60,743 nucleotides of DNA from positions 1 to 60,743 of the forward strand of contig JAGVZT010000046.1 of the NCBI GenBank assembly GCA_018302335.1. The letters run 5' to 3'. Within the stretch, counting starts at the first letter, position 1; each line of letters opens with the position of its first letter. This DNA comes from Candidatus Woesearchaeota archaeon (GTDB lineage Archaea; Nanobdellota; Nanobdellia; Woesearchaeales; JAGVZT01). The translations under genes and the position numbers were made by a program. Positions 29,590-40,364 of this stretch are shown in pieces. The notes beneath the pieces are model-generated. The model searched no databases. It saw nothing but the letters and a program-made list of their open reading frames with translations, and was not told where the DNA came from.

Positions 29590-31869
29590 ATGAGATTCTT
29601 CGCGCTGCTGCTGGTCGTCCTCGTGCTGCACAGTCTCGCCGCAGGCGCTCTGAGCGTCACCCTGAGCGACCAGGGCACCGGGGTGAAGAGCATCTCCTCG
29701 GGCACGCTGCTCACCACCGGGAATCTCACGGTGCTCATCTATGAGGCTCTCTCTGGTGGGGATCCCATCTACAATGAAACGTTCAACGCCATCGTGAACG
29801 GCAGCTGGAACGTGGTGCTCGGCGGGGGCTCCACCGCCCTCAATCTGGAGTTCGGGAGGGACTACTACAAGGACTACGCCATCAACGGCGAGGATGCGAC
29901 CTTCGCGAACGCATCTGGAGACCCCGTGGACCGGCAGCTGTTCTTCTCGCCGCTCGGGGACGTCGGGAGCACCGTCTTGCTGAGGAGCGACAGCACCGCG
30001 CTGGGAGACTACAACGCCACGCACGTCAACTTCGGCATCAACTCGACGACCGGAACGCTGGCGGACAACACGATTACGTATGCCACCGTGTGCGGCGGGA
30101 ATTTCAACAGGGCCACCGGCAACTACGATACAATAGCAGGGGGAATCCAGAATGTCGCGCAGGGAGGCTACGGCGCAGTGGGCGGCGGCGCCTATAACAA
30201 CGCTTCTGACTTGTACGCGGTAATCTCCGGCGGCGACAACAACCTCGCACAAGGGGAGGCGAGTTCGGTTGCCGGAGGCAGGCTCAATGTAGTCACTGCC
30301 GACCTCAGCTCCGTGGGCGGCGGATTTGCCAATCGCGCGACGGGAGCGGGGAGCACTGTAGCAGGGGGCTACCAGAGCACCGCGACAGGCCTGTACTCTG
30401 CAATCGGTGGAGGGCTGAGCAACAACGCCTCCAATACCCACGCGGCCATCGCGGGCGGCGAGGGCAACAACGCCACCGCGACGTACACCTTCATCGGGAG
30501 CGGCTACCAGAACGTCGTGAACGGCTCGTACGGCGTCGTTGGGGGCGGCTACCGCAACAGCGCGAAGGGCTCCTGGGCGACGGTCTCCGGAGGCACCCAA
30601 AACAACGCCTCGAAGGACTCCTCCACCGTCGGAGGAGGAGACCGGAACCACGCGAGCGGCACCGCAGCGACCATTTCAGGAGGCGCGCTGAACCTGGCGA
30701 ACGGCTCATACTCCGCGATAGGGGGGGGTGGGTCAAACGCTGCTGGCGGATACTCCTCCAGCATAGGTGGAGGGCTCTCCAACGCAGCGCGCAGCGACTA
30801 CTCCTCAATCGGCGGCGGGGCCTACAACAACGCCTCCAACAGTTACGCGACGGTCGCTGGCGGCGACTCGAACATCGCGAGCGGCGCGCGTTCCTTTGTG
30901 GGTGGTGGGCTCACGAACACCGCGAGCGGCGAAGGGTCCTCGGTGGGCGGTGGATCAGGTAACACAGCGAGCGGTATTAATGGCCCTTCGGTTGGTGGTG
31001 GTTATTCAAACACCGCCTCGGGAGCCTCCGCAAGTGTGGCCGCAGGATATCAAAATATTGCCCATTACTCCTTTGTGGGTGGTGGATACGGGAATGACGC
31101 ATATGGCAATTACGCAGCCATCTCCGGCGGGGCCTCCAACAACGCCTCGGGAATCTACGCAGCAGCAAGCGGAGGCTCCTCGAATCGCGCACGTGGGGAT
31201 TACTCTCTGGTGGGGGGACTACTCATGGAGCTCACAGCCTCTGCGGACCGCTCATTCCTGTGGGGGTACAATACCTCGATGGTGTCCTTCGACGACGCCG
31301 ACTCGTTCATCGTGTTCGACTCGAACTTCCAGGTGCGGAACAGCACGAAGGGTTACAGCCTCGTGGTGAACCGCACCACGGGCAACGTGGGCATCGGCAC
31401 CGCCGCGGCGGGCGAACGTCTGAGCGTCTCCGGCCGCATCAACGCCTCGGGCTCCATCACGGGCAACTCCGGCCTCGATTACGCCGAGCGGTTCCCGGCG
31501 AGCAGCCACCTCAGCGCTGGAGATGTGGTGGTGATTGACACGCAACTCGAGGAGTCCGTGCACCAGTCGAGCAGGCCCTACGACACCACGGTCGCGGGAG
31601 TCGTCTCGACCGAGGCCGCATTCATGATAGGCAGCGGCGGCACGCCCATCGCCCTTGCCGGCCGCGTCCCGGTCAAGGTGACGGACGAGAACGGCGCGAT
31701 TGCCACCGGAGACCTGCTCACCACGAGTTCGGTGCCGGGCCATGCGATGCGGTGCGACATCTCCACGCAGGAGGGCAAGCTGCGCTGCTTCGGCGCGGTG
31801 CTCGGCAAGGCGATGGAGCCCTGCGCGGCGAGGCGCTGCGTCATCACCGCCCTGGTCAGCCTGCAGTGA
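29590..31869 (+). CDS. Secreted adhesin/fibre-like protein with 14-aa GGGxxNxA repeats and a C-terminal DYAE (peptidase G2/intramolecular chaperone-like) domain
   Basis: Signal peptide, GAGGTGA RBS, more than 20 repeats, GNVGIG, DYAERF, GVVS, IALAGRVPVKV..ENGAI..GDLLTTS..PGHAM. Confidence 0.85.
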   Translation: MRFFALLLVVLVLHSLAAGALSVTLSDQGTGVKSISSGTLLTTGNLTVLIYEALSGGDPIYNETFNAIVNGSWNVVLGGGSTALNLEFGRDYYKDYAINGEDATFANASGDPVDRQLFFSPLGDVGSTVLLRSDSTALGDYNATHVNFGINSTTGTLADNTITYATVCGGNFNRATGNYDTIAGGIQNVAQGGYGAVGGGAYNNASDLYAVISGGDNNLAQGEASSVAGGRLNVVTADLSSVGGGFANRATGAGSTVAGGYQSTATGLYSAIGGGLSNNASNTHAAIAGGEGNNATATYTFIGSGYQNVVNGSYGVVGGGYRNSAKGSWATVSGGTQNNASKDSSTVGGGDRNHASGTAATISGGALNLANGSYSAIGGGGSNAAGGYSSSIGGGLSNAARSDYSSIGGGAYNNASNSYATVAGGDSNIASGARSFVGGGLTNTASGEGSSVGGGSGNTASGINGPSVGGGYSNTASGASASVAAGYQNIAHYSFVGGGYGNDAYGNYAAISGGASNNASGIYAAASGGSSNRARGDYSLVGGLLMELTASADRSFLWGYNTSMVSFDDADSFIVFDSNFQVRNSTKGYSLVVNRTTGNVGIGTAAAGERLSVSGRINASGSITGNSGLDYAERFPASSHLSAGDVVVIDTQLEESVHQSSRPYDTTVAGVVSTEAAFMIGSGGTPIALAGRVPVKVTDENGAIATGDLLTTSSVPGHAMRCDISTQEGKLRCFGAVLGKAMEPCAARRCVITALVSLQ

Positions 31870-31870
31870 G

Positions 31871-32854
31871 ATGGCACCCAAAGCCGCGCTCTGGCTGCTG
31901 ACGCTGCTGTTCCTCGCAGCCGCTGCTGACGCGACCAACACCAGCAGCTACGAGGTGGAAAGCACGCATTCCGGCGTTGCTGGAGGCACTGGAAACACGA
32001 CCAGCTACGAGATGACTAGCACCACCGCCGCGTATGGCGGCGGCTCGGGCAACTCTTCAGCGTACGAGTTCCGCGGCAGCTGGCTGAACCAGACCTATAC
32101 GATTGCTGCACCTCCGCCGCCCCCGCCGCCGCCGCCACCTCCGAGCGGAGGAGGAGGGGGTGGAGGGGGAGCGACCGTTCCCTCGAACACCAGCACCAAG
32201 CTCTGGACAACCTTCGCTGCGGAGACGGAGCAGGTGATGAAGGTCTTCAGTACCGCGGTCCCGGTCAAGCAGGTCATCCTGGTGAGTGGGGAGGCAGGCA
32301 CCCAGGTGGAACTCAAGGCTGAGCGCCTCGGCAGCAATCCCACCCCGAAGGAACCGGAGGGCACCGTCTACCGCTTTGTCGAACTCTCGCTCACGGGGCT
32401 GGACAGCGCGAAACTGAAGCTCGTGAAGCTCCGCTTCCAGGTGGAGAAGAACTGGACCGCTGACCAGAGCGCCGATGTGAGCCAGGTGAAGATGCTCCGC
32501 TACACCACGCACTGGGCCGAGCTGCCCACGGAATACACCGGAAGCGATGACAACTACCACCATTTCAACGCGACTTCGCCCGGTCTCTCGGTCTTCGCCA
32601 TCGCGCTCGGGCCGCGCGTCGCGGCAGTGGCAGAGGAGCCTGCTGTCGAGATACCCTCCACCGTGGAGATACCTGAAGAGCCCATCGTGGAGGAAACCCC
32701 CCCGCAAGACCAAACAGAACCCCCTGAGGAACCCCTGCCCGCGCCAAAGCGCTCTGCCCTCCGCATCATCATCTCGGTGCTCGCGTTCATCGTGCTGCTC
32801 ACCGGCGCGGGCGCAATGCTCTATACGAGGGCTGCGCGCAAGAGGGCCAAGTAG
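31871..32854 (+). CDS. PGF-pre-PGF domain surface protein with C-terminal TM anchor
   Basis: Signal peptide, poly-Pro/poly-Gly linker, FQVEKNW, W.ELPT, ATSPGLSVFAI, TM helix plus basic tail. Confidence 0.88.
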   Translation: MAPKAALWLLTLLFLAAAADATNTSSYEVESTHSGVAGGTGNTTSYEMTSTTAAYGGGSGNSSAYEFRGSWLNQTYTIAAPPPPPPPPPPPSGGGGGGGGATVPSNTSTKLWTTFAAETEQVMKVFSTAVPVKQVILVSGEAGTQVELKAERLGSNPTPKEPEGTVYRFVELSLTGLDSAKLKLVKLRFQVEKNWTADQSADVSQVKMLRYTTHWAELPTEYTGSDDNYHHFNATSPGLSVFAIALGPRVAAVAEEPAVEIPSTVEIPEEPIVEETPPQDQTEPPEEPLPAPKRSALRIIISVLAFIVLLTGAGAMLYTRAARKRAK

Positions 32855-32857
32855 GAC

Positions 32858-32919
32858 TGGCCGAGTTGCATTCCCGATATGGCGTGAGACAACCCGGAAC
32901 TCGTACGGCAATGCGACCG
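32858..32919 (+). repeat. Dispersed palindromic repeat copy
   Basis: GTGAGACAACCCGGAAC..TACGGCAATGCGACCG immediately after a stop codon. Confidence 0.7.
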
Positions 32920-32964
32920 AAGTCTGTTGCACGAGGCCGAGGGATAAGCTATTTATAACGCACA

Positions 32965-35391
32965 GTGTCCCCGGAAGGCGTGGGGGAGCGCCTGACGCCG
33001 GCGATGCAGCAGTACTTCCGCACCAAGCGCGAGTACCCGGACTGCCTGGTGATGTTCCGCATGGGACGCGCCTCGGACATTCTGGACATCACGCTCACCA
33101 GCAGGGGGGAGCTGGACGGCGAGAAGATACCGCTCGCGGGCGTCCCGTACCACGCCCTGGAACCCTATCTCGCGAAGCTCGTCCGCACGGGGCTCAAGGT
33201 CGCCATCTGCGAGCAGCTCGAGGACCCGAAGCTCGCGAAGGGGGTAGTGAAGCGCGATGTCGTGCGCGTCGTGACCCCCGGAGTGGTGGTGGAGAGCGAG
33301 CTGCTCAACGAACGGAGCAACAACTATCTCATGGCGCTCACCATCAAGGGAGAGCACATCGGCGCCGCGCTCGCGGACATCTCCACCGCCGAATTCCTCG
33401 CCACGGAGCTTCCCGCGAGGGAGCTCGGCGCGCTGCTTGCGCAGTTCTCCCCCGCGGAGATACTCATTCCCCTGAGCGCTGGCGTGGACCGGCAACTGCA
33501 CGAGACGCTGGCGAAGAGCGCCTGCCTCACTCCCGTTGAGGACGGCGAGTTCCAGGGCGCTGCCGAGCGCCTGAAGGCGCATTTTGGCGTCGCGACCCTC
33601 GAGGCCTACGGACTCAAGGACCGGCACCTCGCCACCGCCGCATCGGGAGCGCTGCTCTCCTATCTTTCGTCGACGCAGAAACAGCGGCTCTCCCTGCTCA
33701 CCAGCATGCGCTTCTTCTCCCAGGAGGAGTGCCTCCTGCTGGACCAGGTCACCCTGAAGAACCTCGAGGTGCTGCACTCGGCGCGCGACGGCTCCACGAA
33801 AGACACCCTTCTCTCCACGCTTGACTTCACTCGCACCGCGATGGGAGCGCGCCTTCTCCGGCGCTGGCTCGTGCAGCCCCTCCGCTCCCCTCCGCAGATT
33901 GCGATGAGGCTCGATGCGGTGGAAGAGCTGCAGGGAGCGATGCTGCGTTCCGCTCTGGCGGAGCAGCTCTCCGGGATGGCTGACCTCGAACGCCTCTCCT
34001 CCAAGGTCGCGATGGCCCGTGCGAAACCACGGGACCTCGCCGCGCTCCGCGACGCGCTGCTCCGCCTTCCGGACGCGAAGGCAGCCGTAGGGCAGTCCTC
34101 CGTCGCTCTCCTCATGGAGCTGGGGTCGTTCGACACCATGGAGGACACCGCCGCGCTGCTGTCCGCCGCGATAAGCGACTCCCCCCCTGCGCTCCTCCAG
34201 GACGGCAGCGTCATCCGGGAGGGCTACTCGCCCGAGCTTGACGAGCTCCGCGCGGCGAAGCGCGGGGGCAAGCAGCTGCTCGCGAAACTCGAGGAGGAGG
34301 AACGGTCACGGACAGGGATCCGCGCGCTGCGCGTGCGGTACAACCGGGTGTTCGGCTACTTCATCGAGGTCTCCAAGGCCAACCTGCACCTCGTCCCGGA
34401 GCGATATGTCCGGAAGCAGACCATGAGCACCGGCGAGCGGTACTTCACCGAGGAGTTGAAAGAGCACGAGAGCAAGGTGCTGCACGCCGAGGAGCGCATC
34501 CTCGGCCTGGAGGAGAAGCTCTTCCAGGAAGTCGCCGCGAGGGTCGCGGCGCGCGTGGCCGAGCTGCAGCGCGCGGCGCGGAGTCTCGCGGCGCTCGACA
34601 CGCTCTGCGCGTTTGCCGAAGCAGCCAGCCGCAACCGCTATGTGCGGCCCTCGGTGGATGACACCGATGGCATCGACATCCGCGAGGGGAGGCACCCGGT
34701 GCTCGAGCGCGAGGGGAGCTTCATCGGGAATGACTGCGTCATGCAGCCAGGAGAGGTGTTCATCATCACCGGCCCGAACATGGCCGGGAAGTCGACGTAC
34801 ATGCGCCAGGTCGCGCTCATCTGCCTCATGGCGCAGGCAGGCTCCTTCGTCCCTGCGGAAAGCGCGCGCATCGGGACCGCTGACCGCATCTTCACCCGCG
34901 TCGGGGCATTTGACGACCTCGCCCACGGCCAGAGCACCTTCATGGTGGAGATGGGCCAGACCGCACACATCCTGCACCACGCGACCTCAAGAAGCCTCGT
35001 CATCCTCGACGAGATTGGACGCGGGACCTCGACCTTCGACGGCGTGGCGTTGGCATGGAGCGTCGCCGAGTACATCTACCGGCGCGTCAAGGCCAAGACC
35101 CTCTTCGCGACGCACTACCACGTGCTGAACAGGCTCGCGGAGCAGTGCCCGGGAGTGCGGAACTTCAGCATCGCGGTGAAGGAGCGCGGCTCTGACATCA
35201 TCTTCCTCCGCAAGGTCACCGAGGGTGGAACCGACAAGTCCTACGGCATCCACGTCGCGCGGCTCGCAGGCATGCCCGCCGAGGTGGTGGAGCGCTCCCG
35301 GGAGATACAGGAGAAGCTCTTCGCCGAGGACAGGATGCACCTCCGTCTCCGCGCGAAGCGCGAGGAGGAGCAGCGTTCGCTGCTCGGCTGA
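32965..35391 (+). CDS. mutS: MutS1 mismatch-repair ATPase lacking the DFYE segment
   Basis: [63 protein letters not shown]. Confidence 0.95.
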   Translation: MSPEGVGERLTPAMQQYFRTKREYPDCLVMFRMGRASDILDITLTSRGELDGEKIPLAGVPYHALEPYLAKLVRTGLKVAICEQLEDPKLAKGVVKRDVVRVVTPGVVVESELLNERSNNYLMALTIKGEHIGAALADISTAEFLATELPARELGALLAQFSPAEILIPLSAGVDRQLHETLAKSACLTPVEDGEFQGAAERLKAHFGVATLEAYGLKDRHLATAASGALLSYLSSTQKQRLSLLTSMRFFSQEECLLLDQVTLKNLEVLHSARDGSTKDTLLSTLDFTRTAMGARLLRRWLVQPLRSPPQIAMRLDAVEELQGAMLRSALAEQLSGMADLERLSSKVAMARAKPRDLAALRDALLRLPDAKAAVGQSSVALLMELGSFDTMEDTAALLSAAISDSPPALLQDGSVIREGYSPELDELRAAKRGGKQLLAKLEEEERSRTGIRALRVRYNRVFGYFIEVSKANLHLVPERYVRKQTMSTGERYFTEELKEHESKVLHAEERILGLEEKLFQEVAARVAARVAELQRAARSLAALDTLCAFAEAASRNRYVRPSVDDTDGIDIREGRHPVLEREGSFIGNDCVMQPGEVFIITGPNMAGKSTYMRQVALICLMAQAGSFVPAESARIGTADRIFTRVGAFDDLAHGQSTFMVEMGQTAHILHHATSRSLVILDEIGRGTSTFDGVALAWSVAEYIYRRVKAKTLFATHYHVLNRLAEQCPGVRNFSIAVKERGSDIIFLRKVTEGGTDKSYGIHVARLAGMPAEVVERSREIQEKLFAEDRMHLRLRAKREEEQRSLLG

Positions 35392-35420
35392 CCGCGCAGC
35401 TTCGTAACCCTCCGATGCTT

Positions 35421-35488
35421 CGGCCGCAATTCCGCATGATATCCGCGTTGTCCTACCGGTCTGCCGATGATTCCCCCCAGCTCGGCCG
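35421..35488 (-). repeat. Dispersed palindromic repeat copy
   Basis: CGGCCG termini 68 nt apart; internal GGACAACGCGGA on the minus strand. Confidence 0.65.
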
Positions 35489-35571
35489 GCTGTCTGCCCG
35501 AGCATTTCTATGCGGCCCACGGAGGGGCAAAACCTTTATAAAGAAATAATAGTCTCTAGAGAGTGATAACT

Positions 35572-36123
35572 ATGAACGACACACTCTATGAGGATATGAG
35601 CGAGCTGCTCGGGAAGGACACTGCTGACGGCTACCGGAGCTTCTCTGAGCGCACAGGCATCTGGTCCATGTACCAGGAGATGCAGGAGCGGCTCTCGTCC
35701 ATACGGGGAATGGCCTTCGGACAGCTGGCCTGGTATGCGCAGCAGGTCGAGGCCATGCTCCGTCCGGGGGAAGAAAGTGACCGGGAGGCGAAAAACCTGG
35801 TGGCAAGACTCCGCGAGATCCCCAAGCCTGACATCAAGACCTTGCTGGGAGCGCTCGATAATCTCAGGTCGCAGGGGAAGCAGGAACTCCAGAAGGTAGA
35901 GGACGGTCGCGCTGCTCTCGACACGTACCTCAGGCAGAGACGGAATGACCTGAATGCTATACCCATACATGACTTTAACGCCAGCGGAGACCTCACCCTC
36001 CTGCTGAAGCTCGGAGCGCGTGAAGATGATGATGTGTGGCAACAGTACGCGTTCATGACGAAACTCGATGACAATCTCGCCGAACTCAACCGGCAGATGC
36101 TCTTCGCACGGGAGTTCCACTGA
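35572..36123 (+). CDS. Hypothetical alpha-helical protein
   Basis: TTTATAAA promoter at about 35535, GAGTGA RBS, helical composition. Confidence 0.75.
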   Translation: MNDTLYEDMSELLGKDTADGYRSFSERTGIWSMYQEMQERLSSIRGMAFGQLAWYAQQVEAMLRPGEESDREAKNLVARLREIPKPDIKTLLGALDNLRSQGKQELQKVEDGRAALDTYLRQRRNDLNAIPIHDFNASGDLTLLLKLGAREDDDVWQQYAFMTKLDDNLAELNRQMLFAREFH

Positions 36124-36147
36124 GTGCCCGTTCTCCGTCGGAACCGC

Positions 36148-36215
36148 TGGCCGTGCCTTGTCCAGGGCTCGCTGAGTAGCGGACGGGATTCTGGGTATCC
36201 TCCGCAATGCGGCCG
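36148..36215 (-). repeat. Dispersed palindromic repeat copy
   Basis: Reverse complement begins CGGCCGCATTGCGGAGGAT. Confidence 0.65.
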
Positions 36216-36401
36216 ATGACTTTCAGGATTTCGGCGGAAGGCTTCATCTGCACACTGCAGAATATTCATTGGAGATGCTAAAGCTATTTATACAACCGTA
36301 TACTGGGAGCGATTAGGTAACTTTATATACCAAAAGACATAAGGTAGTATCCGAGAGAGCGCTTCCCCCGGGGCGATTTCTCGGAGGAATGAGGTGAGAC
36401 G

Positions 36402-37136
36402 ATGTACGCCGAGAGTCCGCGCAGAGCAAACCCGCAGATAGAACGTCTCGCGCAGAAATTGCGCGACAATGGCATCGCAGCGAGCTTCGCTGACGCACTT
36501 TCCCTGGCACAGAGCATCAGCGAGTCGAACACCGCAGAGGAGCGCTACGGTTCAGAGAAAATTCCCAATCGCTACCAGGAGCAACACAGAGGTCCTGGTG
36601 TCATCCAGAATGTCCGCCCCGAGGAATGCGGCACTCCGCTCGCGTACCTCAACCGCGAGCGGCGCGGCCCGGGCAGGATAGAGAACCTTCCCGAAAGGTA
36701 CCAGAAGATGCCGGAGCGGCAGGAGAGGCCTGCCCCCGTGCAGCAGGCTGCGGTCTTCGCTGCTGAGCCTGATGAACGCACCGTACGCGAGCTCGTGGAC
36801 GAGGACGCGAAGCGCGTCTACGCGCAACCTGTCCAACGGCCTGTGGAGACAACGCCTGCCCCGAAGGTGGACAGCGAGTGGTTCAAGCCGGTCGCCCAGG
36901 TCTCTCAGCCTGTTCCCCAGCCAGTCCAACCTGCTCCGGTCGTGCGTCCCGCGACCCCCGAGCAGGTCCAGGCACCTCCGCAGTTCGCCCAGCCGGCTCC
37001 GCAACCCCAGGCCCCTCCCCGAACAGTTTCCCGCCACCCCCCCGGAAGTTCCCCGGAGCAGAGAGGACGCGGCCTCAGCAAGGAAGAGGAGTCCAACACC
37101 GACATCTCGAAGATATTCTACTTCGGGAGACGGTAG
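36402..37136 (+). CDS. Largely disordered Pro/Gln-rich protein with ordered termini
   Basis: GAGGTGA RBS; N-terminal LAQKLRDNGIAASFADA helix; C-terminal DISKIFYFG. Confidence 0.8.
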   Translation: MYAESPRRANPQIERLAQKLRDNGIAASFADALSLAQSISESNTAEERYGSEKIPNRYQEQHRGPGVIQNVRPEECGTPLAYLNRERRGPGRIENLPERYQKMPERQERPAPVQQAAVFAAEPDERTVRELVDEDAKRVYAQPVQRPVETTPAPKVDSEWFKPVAQVSQPVPQPVQPAPVVRPATPEQVQAPPQFAQPAPQPQAPPRTVSRHPPGSSPEQRGRGLSKEEESNTDISKIFYFGRR

Positions 37137-37141
37137 GCTTC

Positions 37142-37194
37142 CGGCCGACTGCCTTTCGGCGACGTCACCCGGACAACCCGCTGCATTGCGGCCG
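37142..37194 (+). repeat. Dispersed palindromic repeat copy
   Basis: CGGCCG...GGACAACCCG.TGCATTGCGGCCG just after a stop codon. Confidence 0.6.
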
Positions 37195-37253
37195 GCTCTT
37201 CCATTTCACGTCTCGGCGGAGGCTTTATAATCCGGAAGGCATGAGCCTTGCCC

Positions 37254-37925
37254 ATGCCCCCGGTGATTGAGCTCCGCGACGTGTGGAAGACCTACCGCAT
37301 GTCGGGCGTCGAGGTCCATGCGCTGCGCGGCCTCTCCCTGACGGTTGAGCAAGGCGAGTTCCTCTCCCTCCGCGGCCCGAGCGGAAGCGGGAAGAGCACC
37401 GCGATGCACCTCATCGGATGCCTCGACCTGCCGAGCAGGGGCAAGGTCCTCCTCAAGGGCAAGGACATCGCACAGCTTCCGGAGAGCTCTCTGGCCCGCA
37501 TCCGGGGCAAGACCATCGGCTTCGTGTTCCAGCAGTTCAACCTCATCCCGACGCTCAGCGCGCTCGACAATGTGTGCCTGCCCATGCTCTTCCAGGGTGT
37601 CTCCCGGGAGAAGCGTGAGCAGCGGGGGCGTAGCCTGCTGGAGCGGATGTCGCTCTCGGACAGGCTGCGCCATCTCCCCGCGGAGCTCTCGGGAGGCCAG
37701 CTCCAGCGCGTCGCCATCGCCCGAGCCCTGGCGAACGACCCCGAAGTCATCCTCGCGGACGAGCCCACGGGGAACCTGGATTCCGCTACCGGGAAGAGCG
37801 TCCTGGAGCTCATCGGAAACCTGCACCGGGAGGACGGCAAGACCATCATCCTGGTGACGCACGACCAGGAAATCGCCCGCTATGCCAAGCGGGAAGAGTA
37901 TATTCTCGATGGGAGACTGAGGTGA
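37254..37925 (+). CDS. ABC transporter ATP-binding protein (LolD/MacB type)
   Basis: GPSGSGKST, GFVFQQFNL, LSGGQLQR, ADEPTGNLD, VTHD. Confidence 0.96.
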   Translation: MPPVIELRDVWKTYRMSGVEVHALRGLSLTVEQGEFLSLRGPSGSGKSTAMHLIGCLDLPSRGKVLLKGKDIAQLPESSLARIRGKTIGFVFQQFNLIPTLSALDNVCLPMLFQGVSREKREQRGRSLLERMSLSDRLRHLPAELSGGQLQRVAIARALANDPEVILADEPTGNLDSATGKSVLELIGNLHREDGKTIILVTHDQEIARYAKREEYILDGRLR

Positions 37926-37929
37926 GAGC

Positions 37930-39186
37930 ATGAGAGCTGCGGTATACATGGTCATCGCGATGCTGCTGGCTGCCGGTGCCGCGGGCCAGATTGTCGTCCC
38001 GCTGGTCTCCAGCGGCCCGGACATCCGGGTGAGCCTGCTCAGCCAGAGCCCCGACCCCGCCGAACCAGGGCAGACTGTGGAGCTGCGCTGGAAAGCGGAG
38101 AATTACGGCTCGGGGAATGTGGAGCGTGTCCTGATGGAGATCCTTCCCCGCTACCCATTCTCCCTCGAGCCCGGCGTCGAGGCCCGCAAGGACATCGGGA
38201 GCCTTTCTGCCCGGCAGAAGGACAACGATGCGGTCACCCTGTTCTACCGGCTGCGCGTGGACCCGCTCGCAAGCCCGAGCGATGAGAAGATGACCCTGCG
38301 GTACTCCATCGACGGGGGCGCCAGCTGGGTCACTCTGGAGGATTTCGAGGTGCGGATCGCAGGCCACACCGCCGTCCTCTCCCTCGAATCCGTCAGCGTG
38401 ACGCCGGAACGCCTCGAGCCAGGAAAGCCTGCGGAACTCGCGCTCAGGCTCAGGAACAACGCCGATGTGCTGCTGAAGAACATCCGGGTGAATCTCCAGT
38501 TCCGCACGGTGTACCAGACCACGACCGCGGTGCAGCAGACGGACCTGCCATTTACCGCCGTCGGCTCCAGCAATGAGAAGGAACTGGCGCAGCTCACCCC
38601 CGGAGCTTCCGGGGAGGTTGCGTTCCGCATCATCGTGGACGGCGACGCCTCCTCCGGGGTGTACAAGGTCCCCATCGGCCTCACCTATCTCGACAGGGAC
38701 GGCAACGCATACAGCGTGGAGGAGACCCAGATAGGCCTGGTCGTCGAGGCCCCTGTCGCGTACGCGCTCGCCCTGAAGGACCGCGACCTCTACACATCGG
38801 GCAACGGCGAGGTCGTCCTGAGCCTCTCCAATGTCGGCCCTGCGGACATCAATTACCTCACCCTGGAGCTGCTCGACGGTGAGCGCTACGAGGTCATCTC
38901 CGCGCGGGAGTCCTACATCGGGAACCTGGAGAGCGACGACTTCGAGACCGCCGCGTTCACCATCCATGCCGAGGGGAGCGAGGAGCTGCAGCTGCAGGTC
39001 CGCCTCCGCTACCGGGACAGCTTCAACGAGCTCCACGCGCGCGACGAAGTCGTGCCGATGCCGCTGTACAGCACATCCGCTGCGAAGCGCCTCGGCCTGG
39101 TGCAGGGCGGCGGCTCCGGATGGGTATTGATTGTCGCAGCGTTGCTCGGCGCGGGCGTGTGGTGGCTGCGCCGCAGGAAGCGATGA
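37930..39186 (+). CDS. COG1361-type S-layer-domain protein
   Basis: Signal peptide, QSPDPAEPG, Ig-like repeats, YIGNLESDDFET, C-terminal TM helix plus RRRKR. Confidence 0.85.
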   Translation: MRAAVYMVIAMLLAAGAAGQIVVPLVSSGPDIRVSLLSQSPDPAEPGQTVELRWKAENYGSGNVERVLMEILPRYPFSLEPGVEARKDIGSLSARQKDNDAVTLFYRLRVDPLASPSDEKMTLRYSIDGGASWVTLEDFEVRIAGHTAVLSLESVSVTPERLEPGKPAELALRLRNNADVLLKNIRVNLQFRTVYQTTTAVQQTDLPFTAVGSSNEKELAQLTPGASGEVAFRIIVDGDASSGVYKVPIGLTYLDRDGNAYSVEETQIGLVVEAPVAYALALKDRDLYTSGNGEVVLSLSNVGPADINYLTLELLDGERYEVISARESYIGNLESDDFETAAFTIHAEGSEELQLQVRLRYRDSFNELHARDEVVPMPLYSTSAAKRLGLVQGGGSGWVLIVAALLGAGVWWLRRRKR

Positions 39187-40364
39187 GAGCGGATGCCCTG
39201 TCCCTCGTCCTTTCCGGGCTGAGGGGCAGGCCTCTTCGCGCCTGGCTCACGGTCCTCGGGGTCGTGATAGGCGTCGCGGCCGTGGTCTCACTCATTGCGG
39301 TGAGCCAGGGACTCAAGCATGCCATCGGGGCGCAGTTCGAGCGCTTCGGGACCAACCGCATCGAGGTCATGCCGCGCGGCTTCGCTCCGCCGGGCACGCT
39401 GAAGGGCCTCACCGTCCGCGATGTGGAGCGGCTGGATGCGCTGCCGGAGTTCGAGTACGCGGTGCCTTACCTGCTCGGCCGCGCGGTGCTCGAGTACAAG
39501 GGCGAGGTCTCCGGAGGGAACATCATGGGCTTTCCCCTGGAGTACCGCAAGCAGCTCCGCGACGATTTCGGCATCGACATCGCGCGCGGCCAGGGCTTCG
39601 GCGATGCGACCTCCGATGCGGTGGTGCTCGGGGACCTCGCGGCGAAGGAGCTCTTCGAGAGCGAGATGCGCATAGGGGACAACCTGCTGGTCGCGGGGAG
39701 GAAGCTCCACATCATTGGCGTGATGGAGCCATTCGGCAACCCGGAGGACGACTACAGCATCATGCTGCCCATGGACGTCGCTCGCGAGGCTCTCGGGGAT
39801 GAGCAAGGGGTGAGCCTCATCGACCTCAAGCTCAAGAAAGGGGTGTCGTCCGCCGCGGGAGCGGAGAGCGTGCAACGTGCACTGGACAGGACCCATCCCT
39901 CCGAGGACTACCAGGTGCTCACCGCGGAGCAGCTCCAGGAGCAGTTCAACTCACTGCTGGGGGTGGTGCAGGCCATCATCGTGGGCATCGCCGGCATCTC
40001 GCTTGTCGTGGGGGGCGTGGGCATCATGAACGCGATGTTCACCGCGGTCCTCGACCGCACCCGCGAGATAGGGGTGATGAAGGCGGTGGGTGCGTCGCCG
40101 CGCTCCATCGCCATCCTCTTCCTCATGGAGGCTGCCATCGTCGCGGCCGCAGGGGGCCTGCTTGGCGTCGGGCTCGGCTTCGGCATCGCGCTGCTCATCC
40201 AGGCCATCGCTGCGGCGTCCGGATTCGGCCTGCTCACCGTCACGATGGAGCCCTGGCTGGTCATCCTCGGCATCGGGTTCGCGATGCTCACGGGAGTGCT
40301 CTCCGGGGCGCTGCCCGCGAGGCAAGCCGCAGCGTTGCAGCCTGTGGAGGCGCTGAGGGCCTGA
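39183..40364 (+). CDS. MacB/FtsX-like ABC permease
   Basis: WLTVLGVVIGV, GIMNAMFTAVLDRTREIGVMKAVGA, PARQAA.L.PVEALR. Confidence 0.95.
   Translation: MRADALSLVLSGLRGRPLRAWLTVLGVVIGVAAVVSLIAVSQGLKHAIGAQFERFGTNRIEVMPRGFAPPGTLKGLTVRDVERLDALPEFEYAVPYLLGRAVLEYKGEVSGGNIMGFPLEYRKQLRDDFGIDIARGQGFGDATSDAVVLGDLAAKELFESEMRIGDNLLVAGRKLHIIGVMEPFGNPEDDYSIMLPMDVAREALGDEQGVSLIDLKLKKGVSSAAGAESVQRALDRTHPSEDYQVLTAEQLQEQFNSLLGVVQAIIVGIAGISLVVGGVGIMNAMFTAVLDRTREIGVMKAVGASPRSIAILFLMEAAIVAAAGGLLGVGLGFGIALLIQAIAAASGFGLLTVTMEPWLVILGIGFAMLTGVLSGALPARQAAALQPVEALRA

Noticed and set aside
29590-31869. Prophage or provirus
   Set aside because: The fibre-like gene has a signal peptide, and no integrase, capsid, terminase or att pair is nearby.
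32110-32172. CCG and GGA triplet runs as a phase-variable or regulatory repeat
   Set aside because: They encode an in-frame poly-Pro/poly-Gly linker common in archaeal surface proteins.
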